DNA of 64,000 nt from assembly GCA_002269645.1 (NCBI GenBank), contig NIVC01001128.1, positions 62,001 to 126,000 of the forward strand. Direction: 5' to 3'. Position 1 is the first letter of the stretch, and every line of letters starts with the position of its first letter. Of the stretch, positions 12,640-24,060 are shown piece after piece. The position numbers were made by a program, and so were the translations under genes. Below the pieces are notes generated by a model, which ran no database searches, was not told where the DNA came from, and saw only the letters and a program-made list of their open reading frames with translations. Origin of the DNA: Macrostomum lignano (taxonomy: Eukaryota).

Positions 12640-12828
12640 TGTTGTTGACGAATATTGACGAAAATATTTTATTTATTTTATTCGCAACATGTTTCGCTGT
12701 AACCTTCAGCATCGTCAGGTGACAATATTTTGTAATAATTTGAAGGTAATAAAATGAAAGTACGGGCCAAGAGTTTAAAACTTACCTCGAATAAAATAAA
12801 TAAAATATTGTCGTCATAAGATTTGCAA
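12640..12828. mobile_element. 189-bp PLE-derived mini-insertion bounded by 15-bp direct repeats and containing 28-bp inverted arms
   Basis: tgatataaaaactga at 12625-12639 and 12829-12843; arms at 12657-12684 and 12788-12815 (1 mismatch). Confidence 0.7.
12682..12723 (-). ncRNA. Minimal type I hammerhead ribozyme
   Basis: - strand: ucac-CUGACGA-u-GCUG aagguua CAGC-GAAA-C au GUU^gcga. Intact CUGANGA/GAAA core, 4-bp stem II, palindromic ACAUGU, short stem I (3 of 4 pairs). Confidence 0.75.
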
Positions 12829-14200
12829 TGATATAAAAACTGACCTGATTTTCTTAGTTGGCTGAATTGGATTAAAGCGTAGGTCTCTCTGACCCGACGT
12901 GACCCCAACGCCTTCCCTAAGGTAGCGGGATCTGGCCGGTTGTTTTTCAAGATTTCAAGGTGGAAAATTTTCTATCCTTAGTCAGCGACTTGCTGAAGCC
13001 AGCAAAGAAGCCGAAAATCACTAGCTTTTTTCTAGCAAAATTTTTTGGGGCCCGTTTATAAAAATTGTAAAGATTTGTCGTGAATTCGCAATCATGAGGG
13101 CACAGGGTGGGCACAATCAAGGGCAAAAAATAACTGAGTCGTGTAAAACTCTATGAGAGCAAATAATTTTTTGTAAAAAACAAACAAAATTTATATAGGT
13201 TTAAATTTTTTCGTCTGTTTATTAATGACACAATGGAAACCAGGGCAAGGCGTACAGACAAAGGGATCACACGAGACGTCTGGGCTAATATAAAACAGCA
13301 ATTTCTTTGTTAAAACAAGTAACTTTCCACAATTGACATGTTTGATTTTATAAAAATGACTTGTTTGTGGTATTTGACACGTCAACACGAACGATTTCAA
13401 ACATGAAAAGCGAGACAGCCCACAGCAGTTAAATATTCTGAATATATCCAATACAGTGACACATTTGCGGTAAGAAATCTCCAACAAGAAAAAAAACGGC
13501 AGTTTCTCATTAGACTTGTTTACCTGTTCGTACCATCTCGGGGGTTAGAATTGCAAGAAAACTTTAACTTAACGAAGCAGAGTAGCTCGAGCAAAGAGCT
13601 GGTTTATTTTTAGAATCCAAGCAAAAGATAAAGATGGATGGCTATATAGCATTAGGTAGTTTTGGTAAGATGCTTCAGCTGCAAATATTCGCCGTTTGTC
13701 AACAGAACCCACAGTTTATACATTTCCTTCTTGAGTTAAACTAAAGAAATAACAAGCGGAGAAAAAGTGGTCAGAGAGTAAGGATTAGCTGGAAAAACTT
13801 GATAAATCACATATAAAATCAATGACAATAGTACTTGATCCGCTACGGCCTACACCGAAACATTAAATACGGACAGAGCAAAGCAGGGACCTCAACACAG
13901 AAGAGTAATAAATAAGCATACATTGATAAATTGACACATCTAATAGTATGATAATGAAATAAAACAAGAAAATTAATATTACGAGATCATATAATTATAG
14001 GACAGAGATATTAGTTGCGAGTCAACAGGATGTGCATATTAATTTGCTCCCGCTCACCTGATTTACCTATCTATCCAGTGTAAATACACTTCGGCCAGGG
14101 TGTGTGTACAAACAGTGTACAATAACTGCTTTCTTCTGCGTTCTATCTAGAGGCATAATTAATATAATAATAAAATTAATCTACCCTACTCGTAATGGCC

Positions 14201-14385
14201 AGATGTGCAACCGACAGCTCAGCCGCAGCTATTGCGCGGTGCATCTGAAGGCTGCGTACGGCTGTTCTGTCCAAGGACTGGGGGGTCGCCTCACACCCTC
14301 AATTACCCCAGCTAATGCTGGCACCCATTTTACAGCTGGGTGAACTGAAGCAATGCAGAGTTAAGTGACTTGCTCAAGGACACAA
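14201..14385 (-). mobile_element. CORE-type (MIR-like) SINE fragment, copy 2
   Basis: - strand gtgtccttgagcaagtcacttaactctgcattgcttcagttcacccagctgtaaaatggg aligns by eye to the MIR core gtgaccttgggcaagttacttaacctctctgtgcctcagtttcctcatctgtaaaatggg; no tRNA head seen. Confidence 0.65.
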
Positions 14386-15191
14386 ACTGTTCCGAGTGGG
14401 TCGCAAGACGCAAGACAAGGTGCGAGAGACATTTAATACATTCCAGTACAGGACATTTTAGACTGTTATGTAAAATAATAATCGACTGACGGACAGACAA
14501 ACGCTATGACAATTTGACAGATTCTCAGGCCGCCTGCATGCACACCTCATGCGAAGCACCGCATCCCCAAACGTCAGCTAAAAGCTGTGGTTTAAGCTTA
14601 TACAAACGTTATTTTACGGCTTCAAAATATTATCTCAACCCTCTCAAAACACAGGCGCCTGTATCAGATAGTGCAGAAAAATACGTTTAAAAGTGCATTA
14701 AGTGTCGGGGCGAATTTTCGACAGCAAACAGGTAGACATTGCTGTAAGCAAAATTTTTAATTTATGTATGAATGCTACTAACTAATTAAAAAAAAACATA
14801 TTTTGTAAAAAAAAATTTGAGTGTTTCAGGCGCTTACAAAGAAGTATGAAAATAATCAAATGAATGCAATAATCAGCATCTTTAGTAACTATGTGTACCT
14901 ATGGATGGTGAAATGGTCAAAGTCCAGCAGCAATCAAGTGGACAAACTTGAGATGCTTATTTAAAACTGACAACACTTAACAACACTGACAATGACACTG
15001 ACACTGAACACTTAACACTGACAATCCTTAAACTAATTTAAGGATAAAATTCATCTTGTTAGAAATAAAAGGTTAAAAATGTGACAAACCGCAAAAAACC
15101 ACTGCGGTCTTTCACTTTTCGCTTTTAAACAAATGTGCGACACAAAAATGCTAAACACAACTTCTAGCCCTTACATCTTTCGCTAACTCTC

Positions 15192-15577
15192 ATTAGATAT
15201 CCATTGCAATCCAATTAGATATCCATTGCAATCTGATTAGATATCCACTGCATTCCCATTAGATATCCATTGCAATCCAATTAGATATCCATTGCAATCT
15301 GATTAGATATCCACTGCATTCCCATTAGATATCCATTGCAATCCAATTAGATATCCATTGCAATCTGATTAGATATCCACTGCATTCCCATTAGATATCC
15401 ATTGCAATCCGATTAGATATGCACTGCAATCCCATTAGATATCCATTGCAATCCGATTAGATATGCACTGCAATCCCATTAGATATCACTTGCAATCCCA
15501 TTAGATATCCATTGCAATCCAATTAGATATTAGATATCCATTGCAATCCAATTAGATACCCATTACAATCCCATTAC
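15192..15577. repeat. 22-bp minisatellite (attagatatccattgcaatccc) with an initial 66-bp higher-order trimer
   Basis: About 17 units; the first 9 repeat a three-variant pattern. Confidence 0.92.
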
Positions 15578-15648
15578 ATTGCCGAATATGAAAATTGCTG
15601 ACAAATATATCAATGGCAAGCAGAGATTAAAACAAACAAGATTGCTGC

Positions 15649-15987
15649 CTAAGCTTGCTTCCCCATCACATACTCAGTTTTGCAGTTGCACGACTGCAGC
15701 TCTGGCTGCGCCGGCAGAAGAGACGGTTGCTGCTGCTGATAAATATTAAAAGCAGCTTGACTGATTGCTGGTTGCTCTTGTTTTAGCTGCAGAAACTCAT
15801 ATTGCTGCTGCTGTTGCTGGACTGACAAGCCACAGAAGCCAGGGGCAAAGTACTGCTGCTGCTGCTGCTGTTGCTGATCCTGCTGCTCCAACGCGTCCAC
15901 AGCCTCGAGAATGTCTGGCAAAGAGTTCACGTCACCAGCAGAATCGAACCAACTGCCACCGAAGCCGCTGCTGTTGCTTAGCAACGA

Positions 15988-16020
<33 letters not shown>

Positions 16021-16566
16021 ACAGGTGAGCTGGTTCATCTGAGTAGTTATGGACTGCACTGGCTGGTCCTGTCCGATAGGAGCTGTCTGCAGCACAGCCT
16101 CGGTGAGCGACTCAAAAAGCAGCTGCTCAGTGTCCACGTCTGAGTTAGCCAGCTGGTCCTGCGGCACCAGATCCCGCATCACCTCCGCTACGGTGAAGGG
16201 CGGCGGCGGAGGCACCAGGGAGCCGTCCTGCTCGGTGCAGTCTCCCTGATGGACTCGAGAATAGGAGTCCAACGGCGGCTGCTGGGATGGTGGAACAGGC
16301 GTGGAGCTGCTAGCGGCGGCACCGGCGGCTGCACGGCGGGCCAGAACGGCGGCTCGCTTCGACTGCAAGTCCACCGTGCGGGCGGCGTCGGCGGTGGCTG
16401 CCCGGCGTCGATAGGCGGCACCACCGTGAGCAGCGGCGGGTGCGGCAGCGGCGGCTTGTCGTTCTTTGGCGTCGTAATTGACAGTCCAGTAGGAAGACTT
16501 GCCAGTCTGGTCGTTTTGAACTCGAACGAACTTGTTGTGCAGGGAGAGATTGTGCCGCACCGAGTT
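15649..16566 (-). CDS. FOXO: FoxO exon 3 (end of forkhead domain, Akt site/NLS region, Q-rich C-terminus)
   Basis: Acceptor ccgcAG (16567-16568), then [27 protein letters not shown]...RRRAAT; open to TAG at 15649; phase 0 agrees with exon 2. A further intron near the C-terminus cannot be excluded. Confidence 0.88.
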
Positions 16567-16610
16567 CTGCGGGTGTGGGGTTGTGGCATTGAGTGTTGGA
16601 AGGATCTTTA

Positions 16611-16835
16611 TGAGGATCTGGGAGGCTGGCCCTGCAACTGAGGATCTGGGAGGCTGGTGGCCCAGCAACTGAGGATCTGGGAGGCTGGTGGCCCAGCAAC
16701 TGAGGATCTGGGAGGCTGGCCCTGCAACCGAGGATCTGGGAGGCTGGTGGCCCAGCAACTGAGGATCTGGGAGGCTGGTGGCCCAGCAACTGAGGATCTG
16801 GGAGGCTGGCCCTGCAACCGAGGATCTGGGAGCCT
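16611..16835. repeat. 28-34 bp G-rich minisatellite next to the FoxO exon 3 acceptor
   Basis: Units of ctgaggatctgggaggctgg(tgg)cccagcaa. Confidence 0.9.
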
Positions 16836-17439
16836 GGATGTTGATAGTAATTGAAAATAAATAAAAAATAAATTTATTGAAGAAAATTTGCAACTAAATA
16901 AAGTAAAATACTATACGGTAAAAGTACACAAATATTTGCTGAGGAAAATGTTATTTTAAATTTGACCTTAATTTATCTGGAGAGGCAGCAGATCAAGAGT
17001 TTGAAATGAAATTTCACTTATAAGTCAACTCATTTCAAGATGAAATGCCTCCTAAGCTTTGCGCCTGGAGAAAATTTTAATTTGTACAGGAGGGTGAAGT
17101 TGGAAACGAGTTATTTCCCTATATTTCCTAGGTTACCCGTCGAACGTTTCACCCGGAATTTTTTCCGGAATTTTGTGATCCCGGCCCGATTTTTAATTGA
17201 TTTCCGGGTGAAGGCCCGGATCAGCTTTTTTGGCCCGGAACAGCCCCTTGTTCCGGAAAAAAATCCGGAAATATGATCCGGAAAATTTTCGGGAAAAGGA
17301 AAGCTGTTCCGGTCTGATTTTCCGGAATTTTTCACCCGGAACACTATGGAATTCTGGGTGTAGACCCGAATTTCAGTAGTGTTCCGGGTGAAAATGTTCC
17401 GGGTGAGATTTCGGGAATTGAGTCGGAATTCTCCATTGA

Positions 17440-18030
17440 TCCGGACCAACTGATCCGGAAAATTCACCCGGATCAGCTCCCTTGACCCGAATTTCAGCCA
17501 AGTTCCGGGCGAAGCTGATCCGGGAACATTTCGGGACTTGAGTCGGAATTCCCTAGTGATCCGGACCAACTGATCCGGAAAATTCACCCGGATCAGCTCC
17601 CTTGACCCGAATTTCAGCCAAGTTCCGGGCGAAGCTGATCCGGGAAAATTTCGGGACTTGAGTCGGAATTCCCTAGCGATCCGGACCAAATAATCCGGAA
17701 AATTCACCCGGATCAGCTCCCTTGACCCGAATTTCAGCCAAGTTCCGGGCGAAGCTGATCCGGGAAAATTTCGGGACTTGAGTCGGAATTCCCTAGCGAT
17801 CCGGACCAAATAATCCGGAAAATTCACCCGGATCAGCTCCCTTGACCCGAATTTCAGCCAAGTTCCGGGCGAAGCTGATCCGGGAACATTTCGGGACTTG
17901 AGTCGGAATTCCCTAGTGATCCGGACCAACTGATCCGGAAAATTCACCCGGATCAGCTCCCTTGACCCGAATTTCAGCCAAGTTCCGGGCGAAGCTGATC
18001 CGGGAAAATTTTGGGACTTGAGTCGGAATC
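17440..18030. repeat. 120-bp CCGG-rich tandem repeat, left subterminal region of the TIR element
   Basis: Sequence lines recur with a period of 120 (40-aa repeat in ORF 17111-17947); about 5 copies. Confidence 0.92.
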
Positions 18031-18177
18031 AATCCGGCATCCATTATATAAGTTCCATGGGGATTTTGAGAGGAAGCCTCCGATGGAAAACCGCTGAATA
18101 CAGACCCCAGCAAATGGCTATCCCATCAGGCAATCCCTGGCATCCATTTGGTCAACGGCGCTAATTCCTCTTGGAAA

Positions 18178-19750
18178 GCGAGGGGTAATAAAGCCTCGAA
18201 ATTGCAATGTGAATTGATCTGCTTTTCGGCGGCTCTGTAGCGTCCGTAATGTGAGGCTGAGCCCATCCTCCGTACAGGTGACAATTGAAAAATTGTTGCG
18301 CCCTGTTTGTGTGCGAGAGGTTTGACTTCCACTGGCATGTAGTCTATCACAGCTGCTTAGTGTGTCAACGGGCTGAATGATTCTATCGTCATATTTGACG
18401 CTTAGAAGCATAAAATCAGCCAACCATATTGTTTGGCACAGCTGGGTGTCTAGACGGAGACTGTGGCATGGTTCCAAATAGCTCTAACTGGCCCAGTATG
18501 CAAAGCAGCTTTCCTATTAAGATAGACGCTAATCCGATTTTTGTCGGTACATGCTTCCAGTGGTTTGTCTAAGGCGTTTGCAGTTGCACCAGCCGTGAGC
18601 AGATCACGTCTAGAGTAGTCTATACGGACTACTATGGTCGGTAACCATATCGTGTGGCTCAAGGCAGCTGATAAGCTGACCTGCGATGGATAATCAATCC
18701 TCGCTTCTGTTGTGGCTCAAGGCAGCTGATAAGCTGACCTGCGATGGATAATCAATCCTCGCTTCTGTTGTGGCTCAAGGCAGCTGATAAGCTGACCTGC
18801 GATGGATAATCAATCCTCGCTTCTGTTGTGGCTCAAGGCAGCTGATAAGCTGACCTGCGATGGATAATCAATCCTCGCTTCTGTTGTGGCTCAAGGCAGC
18901 TGATAAGCTGACCTGCGATGGATAATCAATCCTCGCTTCTGTTGTGGCTCAAGGCAGCTGATAAGCTGACCTGCGATGGATAATCAATCCTCGCTTCTGT
19001 TGTGGCTCAAGGCAGCTGATAAGCTGACCTGCGATGGATAATCAATCCTCGCTTCTGTTGTGGCTCAAGGCAGCTCATAAGCTGACCTGCGATGGATAAT
19101 CAATCCTCGCTTCTGTTGTGGCTCAAGGCAGCTGATAAGCTGACCTGCGATGGATAATCAATCCTCGCTTCTGTTGTGGCTCAAGGCAGCTCATAAGCTG
19201 ACCTGCGATGGATAATCAATCCTCGCTTCTGTTGTGGCTCAAGGCAGCTGATAAGCTGACCTGCGATGGATAATCAATCCTCGCTTCTGTTGTGGCTCAA
19301 GGCAGCTGATAAGCTGACCTGCGAGGGGTAATAAAGCCTCGCTTTGATGAGACAACTTATCTGCTTTTCGGCGGCTCTGTAGCGTCCGTAATGTGAGGCT
19401 GAGCCCATCCTCCGTACAGGTGACAATTGAAAAATTGTTGCGCCCTGTTTGTGTGCGAGAGGTTTGACTTCCACTGGCATGTAGTCTATCACAGCTGCTT
19501 AGTGTGTCAACGGGCTGAATGATTCTATCGTCATATTTGACGCTTAGAAGCATAAAATCAGCCAACCATATTGTTTGGCACAGCTGGGTGTCTAGACGGA
19601 GACTGTGGCATAGTTCCAAATAGCTCTAACTGGCCCAGTATGCAAAGCAGCTTTCCTATTAAGATAGACGCTAATCCGATTTTTGTCGGTACATGCTCCA
19701 TTGGTTTGTCTAAGGCGTTTGCAGTTGCACCAGCCGTGAGCAGATCACGT
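18178..19750. repeat. ~430-bp direct duplication (18178-18609 and 19321-19750) enclosing a 58-bp satellite (18653-19320, ~11.5 units)
   Basis: The two flanks are nearly identical after their first ~45 nt; unit gctgataagctgacctgcgatggataatcaatcctcgcttctgttgtggctcaaggca. Confidence 0.92.
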
Positions 19751-19751
19751 T

Positions 19752-20419
19752 GTCACGGCTGCTAACAAGAGTACCGGATCCCGGTATTCCGCCACTCTCT
19801 GGAAGGGGCCTTTGGATAGAAAGGCCCAAGCGATTGAAGCGACTGCTTTGGCGCGTGTGCCATCGCAGCAACCGCAGCCGTCACGATGCCCGTCATGCAC
19901 CACAATGATGGATCAGATTCGGGCCCAAGGCGAAGCCGAGGACGAACTGTGTAAGTTTTTTATGCATATACTAGAAGACGTTAGCAGCCTCGTATATATA
20001 TAAGTGTTGTTGATTCTTAAGTTTGAATCTGCTTCGCCACTCTCCTCATTTTTATGTACTTAATAGGCCATCAATTGAGCGGAGTTCGTGAAAAGCTGTC
20101 GGAGGCTCAAGCCGAAAATCGTCAGATGAAAGCTGAAGTTCTTCGATTGGAAGCTATCTCCGCTACGAGCTCGTCGGAATCCGACACGACCGTGGCGAGA
20201 AGCCAGGCAGTGCTCTTTCAATCTCGGCCAGCCGCAGAGCGGCAAAAGAAGGCGGACCAGGTGAAGGCGCGACGAATCGCCAGTGCTGCCGAAAATGAGG
20301 GGCCGACTTCTGGAAACATATATTTCCAGACCGCGAGCTACTCGAGGAGTGAAATGCGGGCGATGTCCAAGATCGAGTGCATAACACCACCACCGCATTT
20401 ATTTGCAATTAATTTCTAG
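19752..20419 (+). CDS. Spliced cargo ORF inside the TIR element, coiled-coil protein of unknown function (start and 3' end uncertain)
   Basis: Phase-1 intron GTAAGT (19951) to taatAG (20066) joins ...RCPSCTTMMDQIRAQGEAEDELC to HQLSGVREKLSEAQAENRQMKAEVLRLE... in frame. Confidence 0.5.
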
Positions 20420-20984
20420 CTTTTTGTTAAGGCCAAATTTGCTGGATTCGATTTCATTAGAAACGCTCTTCGAGACATTGGCTGTCTACATTTATGAGCC
20501 CTGATAGGTCCTGGAAAATGAGACAAAAGTCGTTCCTTAATTTTTGCGGAGATCTTTACAATTCTTAAGCAAGTGAATAGACAAGTCAGCTGACTTGAGT
20601 TAACTAGCTAATTAGCTGTATAGCGAGTGACCCACCTGACAGATGCAATCAGAGGTAGGCGATGGGGATCCCTGAAGAGCAGCCAATGTCGCGATAAGGT
20701 ATATAAAACCGTATACGGCTTCAAAAAAAGTTGATGGTAGCATCGAAGTCCAGCTGCCCATCCGAGTGACATTCAGAAGGTCAGCATTTTTTGTTTCTGA
20801 AAGTACGTAGAAGTGCATAGAAATATACGATTTGCAGTTGTGCACAACTGAATTCAGTATTTCTGTTCGTGGACGGCTAAATCGAATTCGATTCAATTCG
20901 TAGTCGTGGAAAATGTATGGAACAATGACCCGTTCTTTATTTAATTTTCTGCTACTGTGATAAGCCTAAGATTTGGCTGCAAAT

Positions 20985-21500
20985 CCGGTTCAATCATCCA
21001 GAATTCACCTGGATTCGTGTGCTAATCCGGTTCACTCTCCCGGAATTCGCCCGGATTTGTGTGCTGATCCGGTTCACTCGCCCGGAATTAGCCCGGATTT
21101 GTGTGCTGATCCGGTTCACTCGCCCGGAATTAGCCCGGATTTGTGTGCTGATCCGGTTCACTCGCCCGGAATTAGCCCGGATTTGTGTGCTGATCCGGTT
21201 CACTCGCCCGGAATTGTGTGCTGATCCGGTTCACTCGCCCGGAATTGTGTGCTGATCCGGTTCACTCGCCCGGAATTGTGTGCTGATCCGGTTCACTCGC
21301 CCGGAATTGTGTGCTGATCCGGTTCACTCGCCCGGAATTGTGTGCTGATCCGGTTCACTCGCCCAGAATTAGCCCGGATTTGTGTGCTGATCCGGTTCAC
21401 TCGCCCGGAATTAGCCCGGATTTGTGTGCTGTTCCGGTTCACTCGCCCGGAATTGTGTGTTGATCCGGTTTTCGTCGCCCGGAATTTAGCCCGGATTTGT
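20985..21500. repeat. 39-bp/28-bp CCGG-rich tandem array, right subterminal region of the TIR element
   Basis: Units of tgtgctgatccggttcactcgcccggaat(tagcccggatt). Confidence 0.9.
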
Positions 21501-21849
21501 GTGCTGATCCGTTCCACTCGCCCGGATCGCACCCGGAACAGTCACCGGATTTTTTTTAGCGATCCGGGTCTATTTTCCGGAATTTTTCTTTTTGATCCGG
21601 AAATTTCGCCCGGATTCTGTAAACTTTCGTTACAGATCCGGAATTTCCACCCGGATCAGATTGCATTACTGGAATAGGAAAAAATTCCGGGTGAACGCAA
21701 AAAATTCCGGGCGAAATTCCGGGTGAAAAGTTCGACGGGTACAGCGTCCTTCGACAGAAAATTACTGCCTAAACTTTGCATCTTGTTGATTGCAAAATTT
21801 CTTATTTAATTAAGGAATTTGTTTACGCGGTTAAAATGACAGTTGCTTA

Positions 21850-22226
21850 TAAACATTCTCATGTGCTGAATATACATTCTCATGTGCTGAATATACATTC
21901 TCATGTGCTCAATATACATTCTCATGTGCTGAATATACATTCTCATGTGCTCAATATACATTCTCATGTGCTCAATATACATTCTCACATGCTCAATATA
22001 CATTCTCATGTGCTCAATATACATTCTCATATGCTCAATATACAGTCTCACATGCTCAATATACAGTCTCACATGCTCAATATACATTCTCATATGCTCA
22101 ATATACATTCTCATATGCTCAATATACATTCTCATATGCTCAATATACAGTCTCACATGCTCAATATACATTCTCATATGCTCAATATACAGTCTCACAT
22201 GCTCAATATACATTCTCACATGCTGA
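21850..22226. repeat. 21-bp minisatellite (ctcatgtgctcaatatacatt) next to the FoxO exon 2 donor
   Basis: About 18 units; the source of the HSHMLNI-repeat ORF. Confidence 0.95.
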
Positions 22227-22246
22227 ATTTTATACTGTCAACAAAC

Positions 22247-22342
22247 CTTCCATCCGGCTGAACTGGTTGCATCGCTCCGGCTGCCAAAGTACGGAATGTT
22301 CTTTATCATCCAGTCGTAGATCTCCGACAAGGTTAGGCGGCC
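22247..22342 (-). CDS. FOXO: FoxO exon 2 (central forkhead domain)
   Basis: ttttAG|[32 protein letters not shown]|GTttgt; 96 nt, phase 0/0; missed by the ORF track. Confidence 0.92.
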
Positions 22343-22589
22343 CTAAAAGTGAAATTGACAGACATCCAAGTTGTAAGTACATTTGAAAAATTTCGCAAAC
22401 TTCAAAATCGATTTTAATCAAAGAAAATGACAGGATAATGAAACAGAAATTGCGGGAAATAACCACGACAAAAACAAAGGATGCTAGGATATGAATTTAA
22501 TCTAATTTAATCTGATTTATCAGCAGCGAAGATTGAATGAGACATTAAAGTACAATGGGAGAGAAAAAAGAAAAAAGTCTAAAAATCTA

Positions 22590-23983
22590 GCAGCTCAGGC
22601 CTCTGAAGGATCAGAGGGGTGGCAGCTATGACTGAAGGATCAGAGAGGTGGCAGCTATGACTGAAGGATCAGAGGGGTGGCAGCTATGACTGAAGGATCA
22701 GAGAGGTGGCAGCTATGACTGAAGGATCAGAGGGGTGGCAGCTATAACTGAAGGATCAGAGAGGTGGCAGCTATGACTGAAGGATCAGAGGGGTGGCAGC
22801 TATGACTGAAGGATCAGAGAGGTGGCAGCTATGACTGAAGGATCAGAGGGGTGGCAGCTATGACTGAAGGATCAGAGGGGTGGCAGCTATGACTGAAGGA
22901 TCAGAGGGGTGGCAGCTATGACTGAAGGATCAGAGAGGTGGCAGCTATGACTGAAGGATCAGAAAGTGTGGCAGCTATGACTGAAGGATCAGAGGGGTGG
23001 CAGCTATGACTGAAGGATCAGAGAGGTGGCAGCTATGACTGAAGGATCAGAGGGGTGGCAGCTCAGGCCACTGAAGGATCAGAGGGGTGGCAGCTATGAC
23101 TGAAGGATCAGAGAGGTGGCAGCTATGACTGAAGGATCAGAGGGGTGGCAGCTATGACTGAAGGATCAGAGGGGTGGCAGCTATGACTGAAGGATCAGAG
23201 GGGTGGCAGCTCAGGCCACTGAAGGATCAGAGGGGTGGCAGCTATGACTGAAGGATCAGAGAGGTGGCAGCTATGACTGAAGGATCAGAGAGGTGGCAGC
23301 TATGACTGAAGGATCAGAGGGGTGGCAGCTATGACTGAAGGATCAGAGGGGTGGCAGCTATGACTGAAGGATCAGAGGGGTGGCAGCTCAGGCCACTGAA
23401 GGATCAGAGGGGTGGCAGCTATGACTGAAGGATCAGAGAGGTGGCAGCTATGACTGAAGGATCAGAGAGGTGGCAGCTATGACTGAAGGATCAGAGGGGT
23501 GGCAGCTCAGGCCACTGAAGGATCAGAGGGGTGGCAGCTATGACTGAAGGATCAGAGAGGTGGCAGCTATGACTGAAGGATCAGAGGGGTGGCAGCTATG
23601 ACTGAAGGATCAGAGGGGTGGCAGCTATGACTGAAGGATCAGAGGGGTGGCAGCTATGACTGAAGGATCAGAGAGGTGGCAGCTATGACTGAAGGATCAG
23701 AGGGGTGGCAGCTATGACTGAAGGATCAGAGAGGTGGCAGCTATGACTGAAGGATCAGAGGGGTGGCAGCTATGACTGAAGGATCAGAGGGGTGGCAGCT
23801 ATGACTGAAGGATCAGAGGGGTGGCAGCTATGACTGAAGGATCAGAGGGGTGGCAGCTATGACTGAAGGATCAGAGGGGTGGCAGCTCAGGCCACTGAAG
23901 GATCAGAGGGGTGGCAGCTATGACTGAAGGATCAGAGGGGTGGCAGCTATGACTGAAGGATCAGAGAGGTGGCAGCTATAACT
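22590..23983. repeat. 29-bp minisatellite (ctgaaggatcagaggggtggcagctatga) filling FoxO intron 1
   Basis: About 48 units with two alternating variants. Confidence 0.97.
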
Positions 23984-24060
23984 AAATGATGAGAAGACTG
24001 GAGAAGTTGAGCAGCAATAGCTCCGACACGGAAGTACAGAAGCTATATAAAAGCACTAAC

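Larger units (their letters stand above)
17136..21739. mobile_element. 4.6-kb non-autonomous TIR DNA element (CMC/EnSpm-like termini) in FoxO intron 2
   Basis: TA|CCCGTCGAAC(g/t)TTTCACCCGGAATTT at 17136 and its inverted copy ending at 21739|TA; dense CCGG-rich subterminal arrays at both ends; no transposase recognised. Confidence 0.8.

Noticed and set aside
18653-19320. Ribozyme-bearing satellite (CUGAUAAG in each 58-bp unit)
   Set aside because: Lacks CUGANGA and GAAA on either strand
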